DNA from: Actinomycetota bacterium
Lineage (GTDB): Bacteria > Actinomycetota > Actinomycetes > S36-B12 > UBA5976
DNA length: 58,543 nt
Reading direction: 5' to 3'
NCBI GenBank assembly: GCA_947452755.1
Contig: CANGDT010000005.1
Coordinates: forward strand, 1 to 58,543
The notes beneath the pieces are model-generated. The model was given only the letters and a program-made list of their open reading frames with translations, was not told the DNA's origin and did not search any database. This document shows positions 50,691 through 58,543 of this stretch, one piece after another. Position numbers and translations under genes: made by a program. How positions within the stretch are numbered: the first letter of the stretch is position 1; every line of letters begins with the position of its first letter.

Positions 50691-52280
50691 GTGAGCGCTG
50701 ACCACGCCGATAAGTCGATCGACATTCATACAACGGCTGGCAAAATTGCCGATTTGGAACACCGCCGTGCCCAAGCAGCGGGTCGCCGCAAGGAAGCCGT
50801 TGATAAGCAGCATGCCAAGGGCAAGCTCACAGCCATGGAGCGCATCGAGCGCCTTATGGATGAAGGCTCATTTCAACAGCTTGATGCGCTTGCGCGTCAC
50901 CGTAGCCACAACTTTGGAATGCAGAAGTCCCGTCCATATGGCGATGGCGTCATCACGGGCTATGGAACTATCGATGGACGTCAGGTTTGCGTCTTTGCTC
51001 AGGACTTCACTGTTTTTGGTGGATCTCTGGGCGAAGTTTTTGGTGAAAAAATTGTCAAGGTTATGGACCTGGCTTTGAAGACCGGTGTTCCAATCATTGG
51101 TATCAACGACTCCGGTGGCGCGCGCATTCAAGAAGGCGTCGTGTCACTTGGTTTGTATGCAGAAATTTTCAAACGCAACACACATGCTTCTGGTGTTATC
51201 CCCCAGATCTCTTTGGTCCTAGGCCCATCAGCAGGTGGAGCCGTTTATTCTCCTGCGCTCACTGACTTCATCGTCATGGTTGATAAGACGTCACACATGT
51301 TTATTACTGGACCTGACGTCATTAAGACTGTCACCGGTGAAGATGTTGAATTCGAAGAACTCGGCGGTGCCCGCACACACAATACAAAGTCAGGTGTCGC
51401 GCACTACATGGCACATGACGAAGATGACGCCATTGAGTACGTCAAGGGGCTTTTGGGATTCCTCCCAAGCAACAACATGGATGAAGTGCCGTCTTTCGAT
51501 GTTGAAGCGCACATGGAAATCACTGACGACGATCGCACTCTTGACACGTTGATTCCAGACTCACCGAACCAGCCGTACGACATGCACAAAGTCATTGAAC
51601 AGATTCTTGATGATGGCGATTTCTTGGAAACACAGTCCATGTTTGCCCCGAACATTATTTGTGGCTTTGGTCGAGTTGAAGGACACTCTGTCGGGATTGT
51701 GGCTAACCAGCCAATGCAGTTCGCCGGAACACTGGACATCGATGCATCGGAAAAGGCAGCGCGGTTTGTTCGTACGTGTGACGCTTTCAACGTCCCAGTA
51801 ATCACTCTTGTTGATGTGCCAGGGTTCTTGCCTGGTACCGATCAGGAATGGCAAGGAATCATCCGCCGTGGTGCAAAGCTTCTTTATGCATATGCAGAAG
51901 CGACAGTGCCATTAGTAACTGTCATCACCCGCAAAGCCTACGGTGGCGCATACGACGTGATGGGTTCAAAGCACCTTGGTGCTGACATTAATTTGGCTTG
52001 GCCAAGTGCACAGATTGCTGTGATGGGCGCATCCGGCGCACTGAACATTTTGTATCGCAAGGAACTTGCTGAAGCAGAAGATCCAATCGCCAAGCGAGCT
52101 GAACTGACCCAAGAATATGACGATAAGTTCGCAAACCCCTACTTGGCGGCTGAGCGTGGGTACATCGACCGCGTGATTCTTCCGCACGAAACTCGCACAG
52201 CAATCATCCGTGCACTTCGGTCATTGCGTGGCAAGCGTCAATCATTGCCACCGAAGAAGCACGGAAACATTCCGCTGTGA
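50691..52280 (+). CDS. accD5: Acyl-CoA (propionyl/acetyl-CoA) carboxylase carboxyltransferase beta subunit
   Basis: 529 aa with typical PccB/AccD5 sequence throughout. GTG start with a GGAGG SD. Confidence 0.92.
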   Translation: MSADHADKSIDIHTTAGKIADLEHRRAQAAGRRKEAVDKQHAKGKLTAMERIERLMDEGSFQQLDALARHRSHNFGMQKSRPYGDGVITGYGTIDGRQVCVFAQDFTVFGGSLGEVFGEKIVKVMDLALKTGVPIIGINDSGGARIQEGVVSLGLYAEIFKRNTHASGVIPQISLVLGPSAGGAVYSPALTDFIVMVDKTSHMFITGPDVIKTVTGEDVEFEELGGARTHNTKSGVAHYMAHDEDDAIEYVKGLLGFLPSNNMDEVPSFDVEAHMEITDDDRTLDTLIPDSPNQPYDMHKVIEQILDDGDFLETQSMFAPNIICGFGRVEGHSVGIVANQPMQFAGTLDIDASEKAARFVRTCDAFNVPVITLVDVPGFLPGTDQEWQGIIRRGAKLLYAYAEATVPLVTVITRKAYGGAYDVMGSKHLGADINLAWPSAQIAVMGASGALNILYRKELAEAEDPIAKRAELTQEYDDKFANPYLAAERGYIDRVILPHETRTAIIRALRSLRGKRQSLPPKKHGNIPL

Positions 52281-52477
52281 GTGAGAACCTGCGCGTAGTC
52301 AAAGGCGAACCTTCAGCTGAGGAACTCGCTGCACTTGTTGCCGTAATTTCTGCGATGCAAGCATCTGCGCGACCTGAAGAAAAAATCGCTTCCGAATGGA
52401 ATGCGCCTCATCGCACAATTCGGCAACCCATTCACTACGGTCCAAGCATGTGGCGCCGTTCAGTACTTCCTCAATAG
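52277..52477 (+). CDS. accE5: Acyl-CoA carboxylase epsilon subunit
   Basis: 66 aa ([20 protein letters not shown]...). 4-nt overlap with accD5 and canonical position. Confidence 0.8.
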   Translation: MSENLRVVKGEPSAEELAALVAVISAMQASARPEEKIASEWNAPHRTIRQPIHYGPSMWRRSVLPQ

Positions 52478-52495
52478 CGGTCGATTCACACAGCC

Positions 52496-53113
52496 ATGAA
52501 ACGCACTGTACTTCTTGCTTCGGCATCTACATCCCGCTACCGACTGTTGACTGATGGCGGCATCAACCCACTCATCCAAGTCAGCGCCGTTGACGAAGAA
52601 AAGATTGAAGCCGAATTGGCGCACGTGCATCCGCGTGAATTGGTCGTTGCGTTGGCCACAGCCAAAGGTCAGGCAGTGGCCGACAACATCACGGTAACCA
52701 CAGAACGCAACCTGCTGATTATTGCTGCGGATTCCATGCTCGAATTTGAAGGGAAGCCGTACGGTAAACCCGAAACTGCAGATGTTGCTGTCGAGCGCTG
52801 GAAATTGATGCGCGGGAAGTCTGGTTACCTCAATTCAGGACATTGGATAAAGGACCTCGCAACTGGTGAGGTGCGCACTGGTGTTGCTGGTGCGCGAGTT
52901 GATTTCGATGAAGTGAGCGACCTGGAAATTGAACGATATGTCGCCAGCGGTGAACCGCTCCACGTCGCTGGCGGATTTACCCATGAAGGCCGCAGCGCAG
53001 CATTCATCAAGGCCATGGATGGTGACACTCCCGCAGTGGCTGGGATGTCAATGGTGTTATTGCGCACATTGACGCGCGACATGGGTATCGAGTGGACAGA
53101 CCTTTGGGATTAA
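52496..53113 (+). CDS. maf: Maf-like nucleoside triphosphate pyrophosphatase
   Basis: LLASASTSRYRLL ... ADSML... Maf motifs. Conserved position between accE5 and accA3. Confidence 0.85.
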   Translation: MKRTVLLASASTSRYRLLTDGGINPLIQVSAVDEEKIEAELAHVHPRELVVALATAKGQAVADNITVTTERNLLIIAADSMLEFEGKPYGKPETADVAVERWKLMRGKSGYLNSGHWIKDLATGEVRTGVAGARVDFDEVSDLEIERYVASGEPLHVAGGFTHEGRSAAFIKAMDGDTPAVAGMSMVLLRTLTRDMGIEWTDLWD

Positions 53114-53230
53114 AGGGAAAACTAATAGTTTTTCGAGATTTTCATTGCCCTAGCCATACCCCACAGCACATTTTCTGACCAATAGACTTACACGAAGGCG
53201 TTAACAAAAGCGTTACGACAGGAGCATTAC

Positions 53231-55003
53231 GTGGCTGCATCACGCAAGATCACCTCGGTACTGATTGCCAATCGCGGCGAAATCGCAATTCGCGTTGCCC
53301 GCGCTTGCAAGGATGCCGGCATCACAAGTGTTGCCGTGTACGCAGAGCCGGACCGCGATGCACAGCATGTAAAGGTTGCCGACGTTGCATTCGCACTTGG
53401 TGGCAACACAGCCGCCGAAAGCTACTTGGTTATCGACAAAATTATCGATGCTGCTGCGAAGTCTGGCGCCAACGCAGTTCACCCTGGTTACGGATTCCTG
53501 TCGGAAAACGCAGATTTTGCCCAGGCTGTTCTCGATGCTGGTCTCATCTGGATTGGTCCCCCACCAGCCGCAATTCGCGACTTAGGTGACAAAGTGTCAG
53601 CACGCCATATTGCTTCACGTGCTGGTGCACCACAAGTTCAAGGCACACCAGATCCAGTCAAAGACAGCGGCGAAGTTGTGGCATTCGCAAAAGAGCATGG
53701 TTTGCCCATCGCAATTAAGGCTGCCTTCGGTGGTGGCGGTCGCGGTCTGAAAGTTGCCCGCAACTTTGAAGAGATTCCTGAACTTTTTGAATCGGCAGTT
53801 CGTGAAGCTGTCGCAGCTTTCGGCCGCGGAGAATGTTTCGTTGAACGTTACCTAGACAACCCTCGCCACGTAGAAACACAATGCCTTGCCGACGAACACG
53901 GAAACGTGGTTGTTGTGTCTACTCGCGACTGCTCGCTGCAACGTCGGCACCAAAAGCTTGTCGAAGAAGCACCGGCTCCATTCCTTTCACAAGCTCAGAC
54001 GGATGAACTGTACGCATCCAGCAAAGCAATCATGAAAGAAGCCGGCTACGTTGGCGCGGGTACCTGCGAATTCCTCATTGGCCTTGATGGCACAATTTCA
54101 TTCCTCGAAGTCAACACTCGACTCCAAGTTGAACATCCTGTGACAGAAGAAGTCGCAGGCATTGACCTTGTGCGTGAACAATTCCGTATCGCCGAGGGTC
54201 AAGCACTGGGCTACACCGATCCTGAACTGCGTGGACATTCAATTGAATTTCGCATCAACGGCGAAGATCCCGGCCGCGGTTTCTTGCCAGCACCAGGCTC
54301 ACTTACCGTATGGAACCCACCTAGTGGTCCAGGTGTTCGCTTAGATTCCGGTTTCGAAAAGGGCGATGTTATTGGTGGAAACTTCGATTCGCTGTTGGCA
54401 AAGTTGATTGTTACCGGTCGCACCCGACAGGAAGCAATTGAACGTTCACGACGCGCACTTGCTGAATTTGAAGTAGACGGCATCGCAACGGCACTAACTT
54501 TTCACCGCGCAGTTGTCAGTGATCTTGCTTTTGCACCCGAAGACCCAGCTCAACCGTTTAGTGTGCACACACGTTGGATTGAAACAGAGTTCAATAACAC
54601 GATTCCTGCGTATTCAGGTGATGCGTCGGCAGTCGATGAACCTGAGTCACGCACGCCTGTCACTGTTGAGGTCAACGGGCGTCGCGTTGAGGTCATTTTG
54701 CCTGCCAACATGTCAGTTGGCGGCGGAAGTTCAGCGGGAGCCAAGAAGCCAGCGCATAAGGCCAAGAAGGCTGCTGCTGGCGGGTCAGGCGATTCAGTTG
54801 TTGCTCCTATGCAGGGAACGATTGTGAAGTTGGCGGTTGAAGAAGGCCAAACTGTTGCTGCTGGTGATCTTGTCGTTGTCCTTGAGGCGATGAAGATGGA
54901 ACAGCCGCTCACTGCTCACAAGGCAGGAACTGTCAAGAATGTGAACGCAGAAATTGGTACAACAGTGCCGAGCGGAACCGCTCTGCTCGACATCGTTGAT
55001 TAG
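53231..55003 (+). CDS. accA3: Acetyl/propionyl-CoA carboxylase alpha subunit (biotin carboxylase plus BCCP)
   Basis: Biotin carboxylase N-terminal, ATP-grasp and C-terminal domains. The C-terminal biotinyl domain carries EAMKME. GTG start. Confidence 0.93.
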   Translation: MAASRKITSVLIANRGEIAIRVARACKDAGITSVAVYAEPDRDAQHVKVADVAFALGGNTAAESYLVIDKIIDAAAKSGANAVHPGYGFLSENADFAQAVLDAGLIWIGPPPAAIRDLGDKVSARHIASRAGAPQVQGTPDPVKDSGEVVAFAKEHGLPIAIKAAFGGGGRGLKVARNFEEIPELFESAVREAVAAFGRGECFVERYLDNPRHVETQCLADEHGNVVVVSTRDCSLQRRHQKLVEEAPAPFLSQAQTDELYASSKAIMKEAGYVGAGTCEFLIGLDGTISFLEVNTRLQVEHPVTEEVAGIDLVREQFRIAEGQALGYTDPELRGHSIEFRINGEDPGRGFLPAPGSLTVWNPPSGPGVRLDSGFEKGDVIGGNFDSLLAKLIVTGRTRQEAIERSRRALAEFEVDGIATALTFHRAVVSDLAFAPEDPAQPFSVHTRWIETEFNNTIPAYSGDASAVDEPESRTPVTVEVNGRRVEVILPANMSVGGGSSAGAKKPAHKAKKAAAGGSGDSVVAPMQGTIVKLAVEEGQTVAAGDLVVVLEAMKMEQPLTAHKAGTVKNVNAEIGTTVPSGTALLDIVD

Positions 55004-55017
55004 TCTGCGCAGGCTTA

Positions 55018-55578
55018 CTAAGAACTAAAGCTCTTCGGCAACGCTCGCACACTTAAGTCAACTGCAAGTTCAATTCGATCTAGCAGCGCTTCGCTGGAAA
55101 CTACGCTGCCTTGGAAGTCTGCTTCACTTGCGTAAATACCTAGAGGCGCAATGTTGCATTGGAAGAATGCAAACAGCGGGCGCATTTGATGATCAATGAT
55201 TAGCGAGTGACGCTCGCTCCCACCACTTGCCACGAGCATGACTGGTTTTTCGACAAGAGCGAATTGGTCAACAAAATCAAACAAGTGCTTAAACAATCCG
55301 GTGTAGCTTCCGCGATAAACAGGACTGCCAACAATCAAAAGGTCTGCGTTCTCAATTTGTTCAAGAACGTGCACATTTTCCGGTGAGAGGTCCGCGCGAG
55401 TGAGTGCACCCGACATCGCTGGTCCAATTTTGTTAATTTCGATGAGGGTAAGGTCTGCATCAAAATGCGTCATGTATCGGTGAGCGATTGCCTTTACAAG
55501 TTCAGTGGTTTTTGATGGAGCAGTTGCCGAGCCTGAGATTGCCACAATCTGTTTGCGGCTCGCGGTGAGATTCTCCAT
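55018..55578 (-). CDS. NADPH-dependent FMN reductase (SsuE/MsuE-like)
   Basis: 186 aa with a flavodoxin-like fold (VAISGSATAPSKT... GSPVYRGSYTG). Confidence 0.75.
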   Translation of the reverse strand: MENLTASRKQIVAISGSATAPSKTTELVKAIAHRYMTHFDADLTLIEINKIGPAMSGALTRADLSPENVHVLEQIENADLLIVGSPVYRGSYTGLFKHLFDFVDQFALVEKPVMLVASGGSERHSLIIDHQMRPLFAFFQCNIAPLGIYASEADFQGSVVSSEALLDRIELAVDLSVRALPKSFSS

Positions 55579-55632
55579 AACGACCTCAAGACTACTGAAG
55601 TGAATGCTAGGTCGCGAGTTCAGGCAATATCT

Positions 55633-56055
55633 CTATCGGGCAACAAGATTTTTGTGGTCAACATAGATGCAGCGATCCATGACGACGTCTAGACCTGCTG
55701 CTTGCGCGGCGACTGAAATATCGTCACGACTGATACCTAACTGCAACCACAGTGTTTTTGCTCCAACCGCAATGGCTCCGGCAAGGACTTCATCTAAGTC
55801 TTCCGGTTTACGAAAAACATCAACTAAATCAGGAACTCCTGGCAAATCTTGCAGACTTGCGTACGCAGGTTGGCCCAGTACTGTTTCTGCGTTCGGATTT
55901 ACAAACCACACAGTCCACCCTGGAACCTCAAGTAAATACGCACCAACTCCGTAGGCTGCCCGCGCCGGATTGTCGGATGCGCCAACAACGGCAACAGACT
56001 TTGTACGAGCAAAAAGCTCAGTGAGTTCCTGTGGCGTATGTAATTCCTGTGGCAT
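55633..56055 (-). CDS. CoA-binding domain protein (YccU/YneT-like)
   Basis: 140 aa; SVAVVGASDNPARAAYGV ... LWLQLG pattern. Confidence 0.75.
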   Translation of the reverse strand: MPQELHTPQELTELFARTKSVAVVGASDNPARAAYGVGAYLLEVPGWTVWFVNPNAETVLGQPAYASLQDLPGVPDLVDVFRKPEDLDEVLAGAIAVGAKTLWLQLGISRDDISVAAQAAGLDVVMDRCIYVDHKNLVAR

Positions 56056-56109
56056 CTGGGCTCCTCAAAGGTAAGGCTAACTCGTCCAGTGGACCTGAGC
56101 AGGTAAGAC

Positions 56110-56943
56110 TCAGATTGTTGACGCGTCAATATCTCCAAGTTCAGTAACATCTACTTCAGTGATGACGTCTGGTTTCGCGATTTGGAGATATGTAACCAAG
56201 GCAACGATGACGACCGCGAATACTCCATTGACGATGTACTTATCGATACCCATGCCTGGGAAGCCGCCGTCTTCAGCAATCTTTGGCTGGGTGAGGAGAT
56301 CACCAAGTGAGGCACCTAAAGGTCGAGTTAAAATATATGCAATCCAGAACGACAGCACAGCATTCACGCCCAACCTAAATCCAACTGAAGTCAGCAAGAT
56401 AAGTCCACCAAAAAGAATAAATCCTTTGCTGTATCCGATAGCAAACTTTTCATTTACTAAGTCTCCCGATGCAGTACCTAGTGCAAAAGTGAACAAGATT
56501 GCCAGCCAGTAGAAAGCCTCGCGTTTACGTGTGATGACGCTATGAATCGAGAGTGTGCCTTCAGATTTGTACCAAACTACGAAGGTTATTGCTAAGCAAA
56601 TCGAAAATATAATTGTTGTAGTCGTCAGCGGAACTCCGAAGTTATCCGTGAGATTGTCTGTCACAAGTGTTCCTGCGACGCTAATCAGAATGACTACTAA
56701 CCAATAAACCCAAGGAACGTAGGTCGACTTACGAAACTGAACGACCAACATTGCAATCAGTAACGCGCTGATGACATAAGTGGTTTTGGGGAGCCCAAAC
56801 CCGAGAGTGCTATTGAGGTAATCAGCGAAAGTTTCGCCTACTGTTGTCGCCAATACCTTGATTACCCAAAAGAACGCCGTAACTTGGGGCACTTTCACAA
56901 GGGCTGAGTGGAGTGTGCGTGAACCTAGCTGGGGTGAAGTCAT
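56110..56943 (-). CDS. Integral membrane protein with repeated G-x-(T/S)-x-x-D-x-L motif (COG4705-like)
   Basis: About 8 TM helices. A motif occurs three times (VGETFADYL, LGTASGDLV, LGASLGDLL). Confidence 0.6.
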   Translation of the reverse strand: MTSPQLGSRTLHSALVKVPQVTAFFWVIKVLATTVGETFADYLNSTLGFGLPKTTYVISALLIAMLVVQFRKSTYVPWVYWLVVILISVAGTLVTDNLTDNFGVPLTTTTIIFSICLAITFVVWYKSEGTLSIHSVITRKREAFYWLAILFTFALGTASGDLVNEKFAIGYSKGFILFGGLILLTSVGFRLGVNAVLSFWIAYILTRPLGASLGDLLTQPKIAEDGGFPGMGIDKYIVNGVFAVVIVALVTYLQIAKPDVITEVDVTELGDIDASTI

Positions 56944-56981
56944 GTTCCCACGTTAGTGACCTCAAGGTTGAATCATGCAGA

Positions 56982-57004
56982 GAATCCCCTAAACGTAGGG
57001 ATTC
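56982..57004. promoter_or_regulatory. Inverted repeat, 7-bp arms with a 9-nt spacer, in a divergent promoter region (candidate operator)
   Basis: GAATCCC ctaaacgta GGGATTC, between the COG4705-like gene (-) and the DUF5302 gene (+). Confidence 0.3.
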
Positions 57005-57062
57005 ATTGAAGATTTAACAACCGCCAAACATTTTGCAAAAGCGCCAAAGTAGGAAGTTCCAC

Positions 57063-57275
57063 ATGACGGCTCTTTCATGGTTCAATGAAGTCATGGCTAC
57101 AAACGGCGAAACCCCAGACGATGCAAAAGCGGCTTTCAAAGCTGCCCTTGAAAAGAAGCAAGCGAAGTCGTCAACAAAGGGTGGCACAAGCTCATCAACA
57201 AGCAAGTCGGCTTCAGCCACTGCTAGTCCCGGTTCATCACGACGCGTCTTTCAGCGCCGTTCGGGAAGTGCCTGA
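57063..57275 (+). CDS. DUF5302-family small protein
   Basis: ...PDDAKAAFKAALEKKQAKSS...SSRRVFQRRSGSA, with the basic C-terminus typical of DUF5302. Start is either ATG 57063 (TAGGAAG SD) or ATG 57093. Confidence 0.65.
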   Translation: MTALSWFNEVMATNGETPDDAKAAFKAALEKKQAKSSTKGGTSSSTSKSASATASPGSSRRVFQRRSGSA

Positions 57276-57277
57276 AC

Positions 57278-58543
57278 CTAGTTAGGTTGATGTAGCCGTC
57301 GGGCGGCTTCCGCAATTGACCCAGACAACGATGGGTACACGGTAATTGTGCGGGCCATCTGATCAACAGTCAGGCGATGCTCCACAGCGAGCGCAATGGC
57401 AAAAATTAATTCGCTGGCCTTCGGTGCCACAACTACTCCACCGACGACCGTACCTGATTCTGGAAGCGCAAAGAGCTTCACAAACCCTTCCGAGATGCCT
57501 TGCATCTTTGCACGCGCATTCGTAGCAAGCGGCAACGTCACAACTAATGCATCCGAGGCACCAGAGTCAACGTCTTTCTGACTCACACCAACCGTGGCAA
57601 TCTCGGGGTCAGTAAATACGTTGCTTGAAACAGTTTCCAAATTGAGACGTGCCACCGCATCCCCGAGTGCATGCCACATTGCAATACGTCCTTGCATTGC
57701 AGCGACCGACGCCAACATCAGTACCCCGGTACAGTCACCGGCTGCGTACACACCGCGCACACTCGTTCGGGAAACTCCATCCACTTGAATGAAACCGGCG
57801 TCATTTGTGTCGATGCCTATCGCCTCGAGCCCAAGGTTGTCAGTGTTCGGAACAGAGCCAACAGCCATCAGACAATGACTTCCTCGAACAATGCGCCTAT
57901 CGGCAAGTGTCGCTTCAACTTCATCACCGATGCGCTGGACACTCACCGCACGAGATTGGTCTAACACATTCATGCCTCGGTCAAGGAATGCTTTTTCAAT
58001 GACCGCTGCCGCATCACCATCTTCACCAGGCAACACTTGGTCGCGCGACGAAATGAGCGTGACCTGGGATCCCAAAGCCTGGTATGCCCCTGCAAATTCC
58101 GCACCGGTGACACCTGAGCCCACAACAATCAGTTGCTCGGGCAATTCCTGAAGTTCATAAAGTTGTTTCCACGTCATGATTCGTTCGCCGTCTGGCTTGG
58201 CGCTGTCTAACTCACGGGGATGTGCACCAACAGCTAAAAGCACTACGTCAGCATTGAGCACCTCGACTTTGCCATCGGCATGTGTTGCTCGGACTTCACG
58301 TTCGGAATGGAGCTGTCCAGTTCCGGAAATCACATGAACACCCGCAGCGATCAACGAATCAAAAATGTCTCGACTTTGAGTGGCAACCCATTTTTTGACT
58401 CGGGCATTAACTTCGCCAAGGTCAAGGGAAATGTTCGACGCATTCACGCCAATTGCGCTGGCACCGCGAGTATCGGTAATTGCTTCACCAACGGCTACAA
58501 GGGCCTTACTCGGAACGACATCGGTGAGAACTGCTGAGCCGCC
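57278..58543 (-). CDS. lpdA: Flavoprotein disulfide-reductase-family NAD(P)H dehydrogenase (LpdA-like); N-terminus outside window
   Basis: The frame stays open to the window edge (GGSAVLTDVVPSK...). The usual redox-active CxxxxC is replaced (SAVLTD). It has an NAD-binding GSGVTGAEFA and a C-terminal dimerisation domain. Confidence 0.8.
   Translation of the reverse strand, partial: GGSAVLTDVVPSKALVAVGEAITDTRGASAIGVNASNISLDLGEVNARVKKWVATQSRDIFDSLIAAGVHVISGTGQLHSEREVRATHADGKVEVLNADVVLLAVGAHPRELDSAKPDGERIMTWKQLYELQELPEQLIVVGSGVTGAEFAGAYQALGSQVTLISSRDQVLPGEDGDAAAVIEKAFLDRGMNVLDQSRAVSVQRIGDEVEATLADRRIVRGSHCLMAVGSVPNTDNLGLEAIGIDTNDAGFIQVDGVSRTSVRGVYAAGDCTGVLMLASVAAMQGRIAMWHALGDAVARLNLETVSSNVFTDPEIATVGVSQKDVDSGASDALVVTLPLATNARAKMQGISEGFVKLFALPESGTVVGGVVVAPKASELIFAIALAVEHRLTVDQMARTITVYPSLSGSIAEAARRLHQPN

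Noticed and set aside
1-58543. Search for mobile elements, prophage, defence islands, tRNA/rRNA genes and riboswitches across the window
   Set aside because: I found no integrase, transposase, recombinase or phage-like ORFs and no long inverted or direct repeats flanking a block. No intergenic gap is long enough or shaped like a tRNA. The spacer upstream of the transglycosylase-like gene is 67 nt, too short for a ydaO-type riboswitch.

Overview
This 58.5-kb window looks like core chromosome from a genome-streamlined actinobacterium (Actinomycetota). Lineage markers are mshB (mycothiol), lpqB-mtrB-mtrA, DUF3117, DUF4245, accD5-accE5-maf-accA3 with birA, and tatB-htrA-mrp. By eye the GC content is roughly 50% and more than 90% of the window is coding. 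Many genes overlap by 1-8 nt, and most convergent gene pairs have overlapping or nearly touching stop codons.

The content is mostly housekeeping:
- Lysine/DAP synthesis: dapE, dapD, dapC.
- Central metabolism: citrate synthase, class I fumarase, acyl-CoA carboxylase.
- An Opp/Dpp-type peptide ABC transporter with two binding proteins, next to an S9 dipeptidyl peptidase.
- typA, ychF, ispH, xseA/xseB, PhoH2, a Z-prenyl transferase, hpf, comF and two two-component systems.

I found no rRNA, tRNA, CRISPR array, transposase, integrase, prophage or recognisable defence genes. I cannot point to a convincing new multi-gene system.

The most unusual things I can see directly are:
1. Two independent tandem repeats (55 bp x 2.4 copies behind ychF, 34 bp x 3.5 copies behind the DUF3117 gene). 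Each re-copies the last codons and stop codon of the upstream gene, together with a hairpin that spans the stop codon.
2. xseB is inverted relative to xseA. The two are convergent with a 3-nt gap, and xseB sits directly behind the DUF4245 gene.
3. The whole 378-nt comF-hpf gap is one open reading frame. It contains a plausible 60-codon small ORF with an SD-like sequence, a GTG start and a TAATG stop/start overlap with hpf.
4. The peptide-transporter operon has an atypical order and runs on directly from typA.
5. sigE-rseA are absent from the otherwise conserved O-methyltransferase/htrA/tatB/mrp block.

All functional calls come from reading motifs in the translated ORFs and from remembered actinobacterial synteny. 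No database search was run.
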